NCBI GenBank assembly: GCA_041741035.1
Contig: JBGSKZ010000366.1
Coordinates: 1-32,595 of the forward strand
Reading direction: 5' to 3'
Source: Treponematales bacterium
Lineage (GTDB): Bacteria; Spirochaetota; Spirochaetia; Treponematales; UBA12059
DNA length: 32,595 bases
The notes under the pieces were generated by a model, which did no database searches, was not told the DNA's origin, and worked only from the letters and a program-made list of their open reading frames with translations. Both the position numbers and the translations under genes were made by a program. Positions 9,842 to 18,143 of this stretch are shown piece after piece (within the stretch, counting starts at the first letter, position 1; each line of letters starts with the position of its first letter).

Positions 9842-11444
9842 GCCTGCTCCGGTACTCCGTGGGGGTCATATTCGCGAGCTTGCGAAAGCTCAGGGAGAAA
9901 TAATGGGCATCCCTATAGCCTACCCTCTCCGCTATTTCATAGGTCTTAAGGGCCGTGCTGCGCAGCAATTCCTTAGCCTTGCCTATGCGTATCTCGGTGA
10001 GCTGCTCCACGAAGCTCCTATCGTTGTAGCGCTTCAGATTGGCGCTCAGGTAGCTCGTGCTTATATACAGCTCCTTGCACAGGGTCTGCATGGACAACTC
10101 CGGATCGTCGTAATGCGCTTCCAGGTAATCGAGGGTTTCGCGCACCTTGGCGGCGGCGAAGCTTTCCTGCCTGGCCCCGGCGTAGGCCGCGACCCGCTCC
10201 AGAAGCCCGCCGAGCCAGGCGCTTACGGCCTCGAGGCTCTTCAGCCTCAAAAGCTCCGCGAAGGGGTCGGCTCCCGGGGGGAAGATATCCCTTGCCGGTA
10301 TATCCAAGTCGTCTATGCTCTGCACGATGCCCGCCAGTACCAGGCGCAGGCTGTCCCGGTATTCGGGCAGCTCAAAATCGCGGGATTTAAAGTACTCGGC
10401 CATATCGCTCAAGCGGCGCTTGCACTCGTCGATATTGGATAGCTTGAGGGCCGAGGCTATGGCCTTGCCCCATAGAGGCCGCTGGGCCCTGTCGGAACCC
10501 ACGCTAGAGCCGAGCTCCCGGTAGGCGCTCACGCCGGTCCTTCCCTTAAGCAGGGCGATCTGCAGCGCGCTCAGCGCGTCGCTATAGCTCTGGCTTAGGC
10601 CTTCCAGCTCGCGCACCGCCTCCCCCACCCCAATGACCGTGTCGCCGAGCCCGGCATTCAGCAAGTCCCGGCGTATGGCCTCGGCCGAGCGCAAGCCCTC
10701 CCTATACAGCGCCGCGGACTGGGCGCCCCAGCTGAGCGCTATCAAGCGGTCCTCGGCGTCCTGGAAGAGTATGCGGTTTTGGCGCTCGCCCGGCTGAGCC
10801 TCAAGGACATTGCGTTCCGACAGCAGCTCAAGGTCGAACTCCTCGCCGCTCCGCCTCCGCGCGAAATCGATGGCCAGGCACTGATAGGCCGCGCCCGCGA
10901 GCGGGAGCGAGAGGCTGAAATAGGCGACCCGCTCCGCCAAGGCCGTGCCTTTTATCTTCCCCGTTATAAGCTTGTTAAGAAAGCGCTCTTTTATATGGGG
11001 CAGGCTTTCCGCCAGCTGGCTCCGTATCCGCTCCTGGTCCTGCCGCGCCATGCGCTCCCCGTCGAGGAGGGCCTTGAGCCGCGCCAAGGCGGCCTTGAAC
11101 TCGCCGGGGGTTATGGGCTTAACCACGTAGTCGAATACCTGGAGCTTAAGCGCCTTCTGCGCGTACTCAAAGTCGTCGTAGCCGGATATTATAATCACCT
11201 TAGTGGCGGGAGCCACCGACGCGAGCCGCTCGCTCAGGGCGAGGCCGTTCATAAAGGGCATGTTTATATCGGTCATAAGCACGTCGGGCGGATTGCGCTC
11301 GGCGGCCTCCAAGGCCTCGCTGCCGTTGGCGTAAGCGCCCGCGAAACGGAAGCCATGCTCTTCCCAGGCTATGGTATCCCGTATGCCGTCGCGGATTTCC
11401 GGCTCGTCGTCCACCAGCACGAAGCTATAAAGGCTGTTCTGCAT
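9822..11444 (-). CDS. YesN-like response regulator (receiver + AraC HTH)
   Basis: LVDDE, TDINMP, ISGYDDFEYAQ, VKP; C-terminal EIAERVGYRDAHYFSLSFRKLANMTPTEYR. Confidence 0.92.
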   Translation of the reverse strand: MQNSLYSFVLVDDEPEIRDGIRDTIAWEEHGFRFAGAYANGSEALEAAERNPPDVLMTDINMPFMNGLALSERLASVAPATKVIIISGYDDFEYAQKALKLQVFDYVVKPITPGEFKAALARLKALLDGERMARQDQERIRSQLAESLPHIKERFLNKLITGKIKGTALAERVAYFSLSLPLAGAAYQCLAIDFARRRSGEEFDLELLSERNVLEAQPGERQNRILFQDAEDRLIALSWGAQSAALYREGLRSAEAIRRDLLNAGLGDTVIGVGEAVRELEGLSQSYSDALSALQIALLKGRTGVSAYRELGSSVGSDRAQRPLWGKAIASALKLSNIDECKRRLSDMAEYFKSRDFELPEYRDSLRLVLAGIVQSIDDLDIPARDIFPPGADPFAELLRLKSLEAVSAWLGGLLERVAAYAGARQESFAAAKVRETLDYLEAHYDDPELSMQTLCKELYISTSYLSANLKRYNDRSFVEQLTEIRIGKAKELLRSTALKTYEIAERVGYRDAHYFSLSFRKLANMTPTEYRSRHEPRQS

Positions 11445-11451
11445 GGTGGGG

Positions 11452-11480
11452 ATTGTAACCCGAAAATGCCCGTCAGTGAA
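11452..11480 (-). promoter_or_regulatory. Sigma70-type leaderless promoter of the regulator operon
   Basis: TTCACT-17 nt-TACAAT-7 nt-ATG, no SD. Confidence 0.65.
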
Positions 11481-11543
11481 TGATAATCGCGATGAAAATC
11501 GGGCGCTGCCCGGTTTTTCCGCGGCCCGAAGCGCCGATAGTGT

Positions 11544-11584
11544 AATAAATATTTATTGACATTGACATAAACTTATTTTAACAT
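11544..11584 (+). promoter_or_regulatory. Sigma70 promoter with adjacent AT-rich palindrome
   Basis: TTGACA(11556-11561)-17 nt-TAACAT(11579-11584); perfect palindrome AATAAATATTTATT (11544-11557). Confidence 0.6.
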
Positions 11585-11616
11585 CTGGCATAGCGAGCGT
11601 CCATTAGGAGTACTAT

Positions 11617-12186
11617 ATGCCCGAAAAAACCAAAATAACCGCTATCGTCGGCTTGGTTTCCGCCCTCGTTTTCTGCCTTGCCTCCTGCGCCGCGAAGCCG
11701 GTACTTATCCTCGTGCGCACCGAGTCCATCGATCTTGACTTCTCCCTGGAGAATGAGCTTGGCGTCATGGTCGACAGCCTTGATCGCTACGGGCTGCCCT
11801 ATCGCTTGGCCTCGATGGATGGCGTCGAGCTAAGAGCGGGCAACAAAGCGCTAGCTTGCGATGTACGTTTCGAGGACGTCAGGGTTAAGGACTATAGGGC
11901 CATTCTAGTACCCTGTATGGGTTCAGGCCGCTATGCCATTCCTCAAGAAATGATCGAGGTACTCAAACGAGCTTACGAGGAAAGGCTGATCATAGCGGCA
12001 CAGCACTCCGAGGAGATATTCAAGCCCGCCGCGCTCGCGCTGTACATAAGCACGGCAAGATCGCCCGGTATCGTGGTCGATGGCAGGTTCATCACTTCAT
12101 ATAATAGCCCGAACATAGCCCAGACTAATCATAAACCCCCGGACACGGAGAACCTGATACTGGCCCTGCGAGACGCCTTACGCTGA
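11617..12186 (+). CDS. DJ-1/PfpI-like lipoprotein
   Basis: AGGAG SD; lipobox LASC; DJ-1-like segments VRVKDYRAILVP, LKRAYEERLIIAAQ, VVDGRFITS. Confidence 0.6.
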   Translation: MPEKTKITAIVGLVSALVFCLASCAAKPVLILVRTESIDLDFSLENELGVMVDSLDRYGLPYRLASMDGVELRAGNKALACDVRFEDVRVKDYRAILVPCMGSGRYAIPQEMIEVLKRAYEERLIIAAQHSEEIFKPAALALYISTARSPGIVVDGRFITSYNSPNIAQTNHKPPDTENLILALRDALR

Positions 12187-12218
12187 AGTCGGCAGCTTCA
12201 AGGCGCTTCGAGCCGGCC

Positions 12219-12617
12219 TCACGCGTCCGGAGCCAGGCCGGGAACGTCGAAGGCTTCGGGTATCCTCGTCGGCCTGCCCCTTGCGTCGACGAAGGCCCAG
12301 GACACGAGGGCCTGCGCGATCAGGGCCTCGCCTAAGCGTATGCGCTGCTCCATGGTGCCAGAAACGGCTCCCCTCTTGATAGCGCGCGACTCTATGCAGA
12401 GCTGGTCGTCCAGCACGGCCGGCTTCTTAAAGTCTATTTCCACCCGGGTAACGTAAAGCCCGTAGCCCTGTTCCATGCAGCCCGCATAATCGAAACCTAT
12501 GGCTTTCAGGTATTCGTGCCGCGCGAATTCAAGGTAATTGAGGTAGTTGGCGTTGTTCACGTGCCCATAGGCATCGCATTCATAGGAGCGTACGCTAAGG
12601 TTTGCGCTGTGTACCAT
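12219..12617 (-). CDS. Acyl-CoA thioesterase (4HBT/YbgC hot-dog family)
   Basis: VRSYECDAYGHVNNANYLNYLEFAR, IDFKKPA, GRPTRIP. Confidence 0.9.
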   Translation of the reverse strand: MVHSANLSVRSYECDAYGHVNNANYLNYLEFARHEYLKAIGFDYAGCMEQGYGLYVTRVEIDFKKPAVLDDQLCIESRAIKRGAVSGTMEQRIRLGEALIAQALVSWAFVDARGRPTRIPEAFDVPGLAPDA

Positions 12618-12624
12618 GGCGGGC

Positions 12625-12654
12625 AGTATAGAACCCCAGGCTCGCCCCGGGCAA
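12625..12654 (-). promoter_or_regulatory. Leaderless promoter of the thioesterase
   Basis: TTGCCC-18 nt-TATACT-7 nt-ATG, no SD. Confidence 0.6.
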
Positions 12655-12676
12655 GTACGGGACGAGGATTATTTCA

Positions 12677-12705
12677 TTGACCATTGCGCCGGCCGCTTCT
12701 ACAAT
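12677..12705 (+). promoter_or_regulatory. Sigma70 promoter of the membrane protein-acyltransferase-GNAT operon
   Basis: TTGACC-17 nt-TACAAT. Confidence 0.7.
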
Positions 12706-12770
12706 TGGCCCCTAAGGCGATGCGCTTCGAGCGGATGCATCGCCGCTTTCCGCAGGAAATGAGGTCATGC

Positions 12771-13949
12771 ATGTCGATGATACCCTACGCGCTCCTGGCT
12801 CTCCTCTTCCCGGCCTTCGTCCAGATACTCCGGGACAAGGTGAAGCCGCTTTCCTTCCTAAACCCCCTCCTCGCTTCCTACGCTATGGGCATAGCGCTGG
12901 GCAATACCCTTTTGCGGGGCCAATCGGCCTTCAACGCCTTCGACCTGATGGCCACGCTCAGCGTCGCGCTGTCCATACCGCTCATGCTCTTTACCCTGGA
13001 TGTGCGCTCCTGGGGCAAGGCTACGGGTAAGGTTATACTCGGCATGGCCTTGGCTTCCGTATCGGTCGTCCTAGCGGTGACTATCGGCGTGCCCCTCTTC
13101 GCGGCCGCCCTGCCCTCGTACCCCGAGCTGGCGGGGCTCATGGTAGGCGTGTATACGGGAGGCACCCCTAACCTCGCCGCGCTCCGTATTGCGTTGAGCG
13201 TGGACAACGACCTGTACCTTGCGGTACACGCGGCCGACGTGGCCTTGGGCGCGCTGTACATACTCTTTTTCATTACCGCCGCCAAGCGGGTATTCGGCTG
13301 GTTCCTAAAAACGCCCGCCCTGCCCGCCGATGAACCGGCGCCCGAGGCGCACCCGGGCCAGGAACTCTATGATTCGGTGCTGCACAGACGCTTCCCCTTC
13401 ATCGGCGCCGTGCTCAAGTCGTCGCCCAAGCTTGCCCTGGCGCGGAATGCAGGCCTGTGCCTGCTCGCCATAGCCGCGTCCTTCGGCCTGAGCCTACTCT
13501 TCCCGGCCGATCTGCAGACCATGGCCGTGATACTGGGCATAACGACCTTGGCCATAGCCCTGAGCTTCATCAAGCCCGTGCGGAATACCCAGGGCAGCTT
13601 CGCCTTAGGCGAATACTTCATTCTGGTATTCAGCTTCTCCGCCGGCGCCATGGGGGACCTGCGGCGCATACTGGGCGCGAGCCCCTTCGTCTTCCTTATG
13701 GTAGCCTATGTATTGATAGCCTCCATGATCATTCATATCGTACTATCCAGGCTGTTTAGGCTGGACAGGAACACGGTGATGATATCCTCCACGGCCGCCA
13801 TCTGCTCGCCGCCCTTCGTGGGGCTCGTGGCAGGCGCACTGGGAGACCGCAGGCTCATAGCGCCGGGCATAACCGCGGGCATAGTGGGCTACGCCATAGG
13901 AAACTACCTTGGCGTGCTCATGGCCAGGCTGCTGTCGCTCCTAGGCTAA
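12771..13949 (+). CDS. DUF819-like multi-pass membrane protein (transporter-like)
   Basis: About 10-12 hydrophobic segments; GVYTGGTPNLAAL, SSTAAICSPPFV, GIVGYAIGNYLG; start after GAGG SD, downstream of the promoter. Confidence 0.75.
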   Translation: MSMIPYALLALLFPAFVQILRDKVKPLSFLNPLLASYAMGIALGNTLLRGQSAFNAFDLMATLSVALSIPLMLFTLDVRSWGKATGKVILGMALASVSVVLAVTIGVPLFAAALPSYPELAGLMVGVYTGGTPNLAALRIALSVDNDLYLAVHAADVALGALYILFFITAAKRVFGWFLKTPALPADEPAPEAHPGQELYDSVLHRRFPFIGAVLKSSPKLALARNAGLCLLAIAASFGLSLLFPADLQTMAVILGITTLAIALSFIKPVRNTQGSFALGEYFILVFSFSAGAMGDLRRILGASPFVFLMVAYVLIASMIIHIVLSRLFRLDRNTVMISSTAAICSPPFVGLVAGALGDRRLIAPGITAGIVGYAIGNYLGVLMARLLSLLG

Positions 13950-13965
13950 CAGAGCCCATACCTAT

Positions 13966-15114
13966 ATGGCCAAAAGCTTCGCCGACCGCAGTTCCGATCT
14001 GGCATTCTTCCTGTTGCGCCCCGCCATCGAGCTATGGATGCGCCTGGTGGCAAAGAGGGTGGTTTACAAAGGCCCCGGGGTGGATTTCGCCCGCCACGAG
14101 CCCTTCGTGCTACTGGCCAACCACAGCTTCGCCATGGACGTCGTGCACGTGCCCCTGCCCTTTAAGATAACGCCGCAGATCGTGGCCAGCAGGGACATGT
14201 TCGTCAATCCCTTCGAACGCTTCGTCTTAAGCTACGTGGCCCGCTGCATCATGGCGCCTAAGGGCGGAGGCGACGTACGCACCGTAAAGGAGCTCATGCG
14301 GGCCGTGGCGGCCGGCTATCCGGTGCTCCTCTTCCCCGAAGGCGACATTTCCTTCTTCGGCCGCTCGGGCGAGCTGCCCAAGGCCGTGGCCATGCTCGTG
14401 CGCAAGCTGGGACTGGACGTCATCACCTGCCGGGTAAGCGGCGGCTACCTCTCGGCGCCGCGCTGGGCAAAGGCGGCACGGGGCGGGCGCGCCATAGAGC
14501 TGCGTTACGAGCTGGCCCTGAGCTCGGCGGAGGCGGCGGCGCTTCCGCTGGGAGAAATCCACGGGCGTATAGCCTCCCGCCTCGCTCACGACGAATACGC
14601 CTCCCAGCGCTCGCTCATGGCCAGGCATCCCGCTAAGCGAGGCGCGGAAGGCCTGGAGGACGTACTCTACGTATGCCCCGCCTGCAGCGCCATAGCCAGC
14701 ATGGCCGCCTCAGGCAACGAGCTATCCTGCCTGTCCTGCGGCGCGAAAGGCAGCCTGGACGAGTACGGTTTCATGCATGGCTGGGCCTACGACAGCCCCG
14801 CGGATTGGGACCGCTTTCAGAAAGGCCTATCCGCGGAACTGCGACGGGCGGCCTTCTCCTCGTCGGGCACCCTCTACATAAACGATTACCGCGCGCTCAA
14901 GCAGACTAAACTTGGCGAGGTACGCGCAGAATACCGGGACGCCAAGCTGGCCCTGAGCGGGGCGCTTGACCGCGACTTCGAGCTCGAGGCCCTGAGCGAC
15001 GTGTCCCTAACCATGCGAAGCAACCTCAATTTCAGCTGCGAGGGCGTGGACTACATCTTAAAGCTGGACAGGCTCGCCCTGGCCTTCCTGCGGGCCTGCC
15101 AGGACAGGTATTAG
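13966..15114 (+). CDS. PlsC-like lysophospholipid acyltransferase with C-terminal zinc ribbon
   Basis: NHSFAMD (HX4D), FPEG, CPAC...CLSC. Confidence 0.8.
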   Translation: MAKSFADRSSDLAFFLLRPAIELWMRLVAKRVVYKGPGVDFARHEPFVLLANHSFAMDVVHVPLPFKITPQIVASRDMFVNPFERFVLSYVARCIMAPKGGGDVRTVKELMRAVAAGYPVLLFPEGDISFFGRSGELPKAVAMLVRKLGLDVITCRVSGGYLSAPRWAKAARGGRAIELRYELALSSAEAAALPLGEIHGRIASRLAHDEYASQRSLMARHPAKRGAEGLEDVLYVCPACSAIASMAASGNELSCLSCGAKGSLDEYGFMHGWAYDSPADWDRFQKGLSAELRRAAFSSSGTLYINDYRALKQTKLGEVRAEYRDAKLALSGALDRDFELEALSDVSLTMRSNLNFSCEGVDYILKLDRLALAFLRACQDRY

Positions 15115-15123
15115 GGGGCCGCC

Positions 15124-15777
15124 ATGGTGTACTATACAGACGGGCGGCGGGAGCCCATGCTGGACCGCGCGGGCCTGCGCGCCTTGGCGGACCTCATGAG
15201 CGACGCCTTCATGGAACACGATAACTGGAAGCGGGTAGTGCCGGAGCCCGCGCGGAGGAAACGCGCGCTAAACGCCCTCTTCTCCTTCATGGCCTCGGTG
15301 ATAAACCGCTACGGCCATATCGTGGTAAGCGTGGAAAGCGGGCGGGCCGTAGGCTACACCACCTTCATGGAAAACGCCGACCGCGAGCAGGTATCCTTTA
15401 GGCGCATACTCCGCCGCGGCGCGCTGCCTGCCGCCTTAAGCTTTCTTCTATCGCTTAAAAGCCGGGAACTCGCCTCCATGCGCGCCTTCAGCGCGTCCAT
15501 AGACGAATACCACCGCGGCATGCCTATCGACCCGCGCGGACTGCACCTCTATACCACCGCTATAGAGCCCTCCTTAAAGGGGCGGGGTATCATGAAGCGC
15601 GGCTTCGCCTACGCCGAGGAGCGCTTTAAGGAGGCGGGCTTCGGCTCGTATATGCTGGAAACCACCGACCCCGCCAACCTGCCCGTATACGAGCGCTTCG
15701 GCCTTGCGCTCAGGTCCCAAGCGGCCATGCCAGGCACGGGGCGCAGCGTATGGTTCTTCGACAAGGAGCTTGCGTAG
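15124..15777 (+). CDS. GNAT-family N-acetyltransferase
   Basis: HLYTTAIEPSLKGRGI (motif A), MLETTDPANLPVYERFG. Confidence 0.8.
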   Translation: MVYYTDGRREPMLDRAGLRALADLMSDAFMEHDNWKRVVPEPARRKRALNALFSFMASVINRYGHIVVSVESGRAVGYTTFMENADREQVSFRRILRRGALPAALSFLLSLKSRELASMRAFSASIDEYHRGMPIDPRGLHLYTTAIEPSLKGRGIMKRGFAYAEERFKEAGFGSYMLETTDPANLPVYERFGLALRSQAAMPGTGRSVWFFDKELA

Positions 15778-15826
15778 CCGGGAGCCGCCAAGCTTGGCTC
15801 GCCTCGGCTTATAGCCTCCGCCAGGC

Positions 15827-17092
15827 CTAGTGCCTCAGCCCATGGCCGGTATATATCTGCCTCGGGCGCACCAGGCGCTGCTCGGGATCGGTGAGCATTT
15901 CCATCCAGTGGGCCACCCAGCCGCAGGTGCGGGGTATGGCGAAGAGCACCGTGAACATGCTCGCCGGCAGTTTCATGGCGCGATATATCAGGCCCGAGTA
16001 GAAATCTACATTGGGATAGAGCTTACGCGCTATAAAGTACTCATCCTGCAGGGCTATGCGCTCCAGTTCCAGGGCCACGTCCAGGAGGGGATTCCCGCCG
16101 GTTACCTGAAAGACTTCGTTGGCTATCCTCTTTATGATGCGGCAGCGAGGATCGTAATTCTTATACACCCTATGGCCGAAGCCCATCAGGCGGCCCTCGC
16201 CCTTCTTAACGCGCTCTACGAAGGCCGCCACGTTCTCGGGCCGGCCTATCTGCTCGAGCATCTGGAGCACCGCCTCATTGGCCGCGCCATGGAGCGGGCC
16301 ATAGAGGGCGGCCGCCGCGCCCGCTAGGGCCGAGTAGGGATCGGCCTGGCTTGAGCCTATGGCGCGCATGGTGTTGGTGCTGCAGTTCTGCTCATGGTCG
16401 GCGTGGAGCAGGAAAAGTATGTTCAAGGCCCTCACCAGCACCGGATTAGGCAGATAATTGACCTCGGTCATGCGGAACATCATGCGCAGGAAGTTGCCGA
16501 TGAAATCCAGGCTCTCGTCGGGATAATTGATGGGCCAGCCCATGTTATGCCGGTAGGTGAAGGCAGCTATCGTGGCTACCTTGCCCACCATGCGCTCCAC
16601 CTGCAGGCGCCGATTGGCCGGATCGGTAACATTGCGCGAATCCGGGTAGAGGGTGGCAAGGGAGGCTACCGAGCTTATGAACACGCTCATAGGATGCGCG
16701 TTATAGCGGAAGGTCTCTATGAGTTTCTGGATATTGGTATGCAGCATGGCGTGCCGGTTCACGCCGTCCGACCACTCGGCCAGCTGTGCAGGGTCGGGAA
16801 GCTGGCCGAAGATAACCAGGTACGCGGTTTCCAGGTAGTCCGCCCGCTCGGCCAGATCCTCTATGGGATAGCCGCGGTAGCGGAGTATGCCCTGTTCCCC
16901 GTCCACGTAGGTGATGGAGCTTTTCACCGCCGCCGTATTGCCCAGCCCCGGGTCGTAGCCCATGAGGCCGAAGTCCTCCGGACCGGTTCGTATATTCCGC
17001 AACTCGCTTACCTTTATGGTACCCGATTCTATGGGCAGCTCGTAGCTCAGGCCGGTGCGGTTGTCCAAGATGGTAAGGGTCTCTTTGCTCAT
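15827..17092 (-). CDS. gltA: Citrate (Si)-synthase
   Basis: YDPG, GILRYRGYPI, HADHEQNCST, GPLHGAANE, MGFGHRVYKNYDPR, YPNVDFYSG. Confidence 0.95.
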   Translation of the reverse strand: MSKETLTILDNRTGLSYELPIESGTIKVSELRNIRTGPEDFGLMGYDPGLGNTAAVKSSITYVDGEQGILRYRGYPIEDLAERADYLETAYLVIFGQLPDPAQLAEWSDGVNRHAMLHTNIQKLIETFRYNAHPMSVFISSVASLATLYPDSRNVTDPANRRLQVERMVGKVATIAAFTYRHNMGWPINYPDESLDFIGNFLRMMFRMTEVNYLPNPVLVRALNILFLLHADHEQNCSTNTMRAIGSSQADPYSALAGAAAALYGPLHGAANEAVLQMLEQIGRPENVAAFVERVKKGEGRLMGFGHRVYKNYDPRCRIIKRIANEVFQVTGGNPLLDVALELERIALQDEYFIARKLYPNVDFYSGLIYRAMKLPASMFTVLFAIPRTCGWVAHWMEMLTDPEQRLVRPRQIYTGHGLRH

Positions 17093-17120
17093 TGCCTATC
17101 CTCCGGCGCGCCGCGGCGTT

Positions 17121-18110
17121 TCAGCCTAAGCCCGCTATTATGGCCCTAGTCAGGCTTTCGGTATCGCCCGCTCCGCCCAAGTCGGGCGTGAGAACGGCCT
17201 TAGCTCCCATAACGGCTTCCACGGAGCTCCTGATAGCCTTGGCCGCCGCCTGCTCTCCCAGGTGATCGAGCATCATGGCGGCGCTCAGGGTGAGGGCTAT
17301 GGGATTAGCCAGGCCTTTGCCCGCTATGTCGGGAGCGCTGCCGTGCACCGCCTCGAAGATAGCGCAGTCCGCGCCTATGTTGGCGCTCGGCACCAGGCCA
17401 AGGCCGCCTATGAGCCCGGCCCCGAGGTCGGAGAGTATATCGCCATAGAGATTCTCGGTAACGATCACGTCGTAGGCGTCTGGCCGCATGACCAGCTGCA
17501 TGCACATATTGTCCACGATCACCTCGGTGGCCTTGATTTCGGGATACGCGGAGGCCACCGCCCGGAAGGCTTCCAGGAATAGGCCGTCGGCCAGCTTCAT
17601 GATATTGGCCTTATGCACCGCGGTTACGGTCTTGCGGCCGTTCGCCCTGGCAAAGTCGAAGGCGGCTTTAGCTATGAGCGTGCTCGCGCCGCGGGTGATC
17701 ACTTTAATGGCGTGGACTTCGTCGTCGGATATCCTTATCTCGCGCCCGGCATACAGGTCCTCGGTATTCTCCCTGAATATGACGAAGTCTATGGCCGGCG
17801 CTTGGGAACCCGTGCTGCGTATGGGCCGAATATTGGCGTACAGCCCGTATTTCTGGCGGAGGCTTACGTTGACGCTCTTAAAGCCGGTGCCTATGGGCGT
17901 TGTAATGGGACCCTTAAGCACGACGCGGTGGGCGGCGATGGCCTCGTAACTTGACTGGGCCACCAGCTCCCCGGTCTTCTCAAGGACTTGTGCTCCGGCC
18001 TCCGCCATCACCCAGCGTATGCCAACGCCCGTAGCCTCGACGATGCGCCTGGCGGCCGCGCTTACTTCCGGCCCTATGCCGTCTCCGGGTATCAGTACTA
18101 CCGTATGCAT
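17121..18110 (-). CDS. icd: Isocitrate/isopropylmalate dehydrogenase family enzyme, probably NAD-dependent IDH
   Basis: GDGIGPEV, SVNVSLR (isocitrate-type SxNxxxR), FRENTED, HKANIMK, NLYGDILSD, HGSAPDIAG; lies between aconitase and citrate synthase. Confidence 0.8.
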   Translation of the reverse strand: MHTVVLIPGDGIGPEVSAAARRIVEATGVGIRWVMAEAGAQVLEKTGELVAQSSYEAIAAHRVVLKGPITTPIGTGFKSVNVSLRQKYGLYANIRPIRSTGSQAPAIDFVIFRENTEDLYAGREIRISDDEVHAIKVITRGASTLIAKAAFDFARANGRKTVTAVHKANIMKLADGLFLEAFRAVASAYPEIKATEVIVDNMCMQLVMRPDAYDVIVTENLYGDILSDLGAGLIGGLGLVPSANIGADCAIFEAVHGSAPDIAGKGLANPIALTLSAAMMLDHLGEQAAAKAIRSSVEAVMGAKAVLTPDLGGAGDTESLTRAIIAGLG

Positions 18111-18143
18111 GAGCGTGCTCCTCTCGGCTTCGCGCGCAAAGCC

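Noticed and set aside
12716-12766. Fluoride riboswitch, suggested by GGCGATG...TCGCC
   Set aside because: Spacing and the 3' pseudoknot segment do not fit
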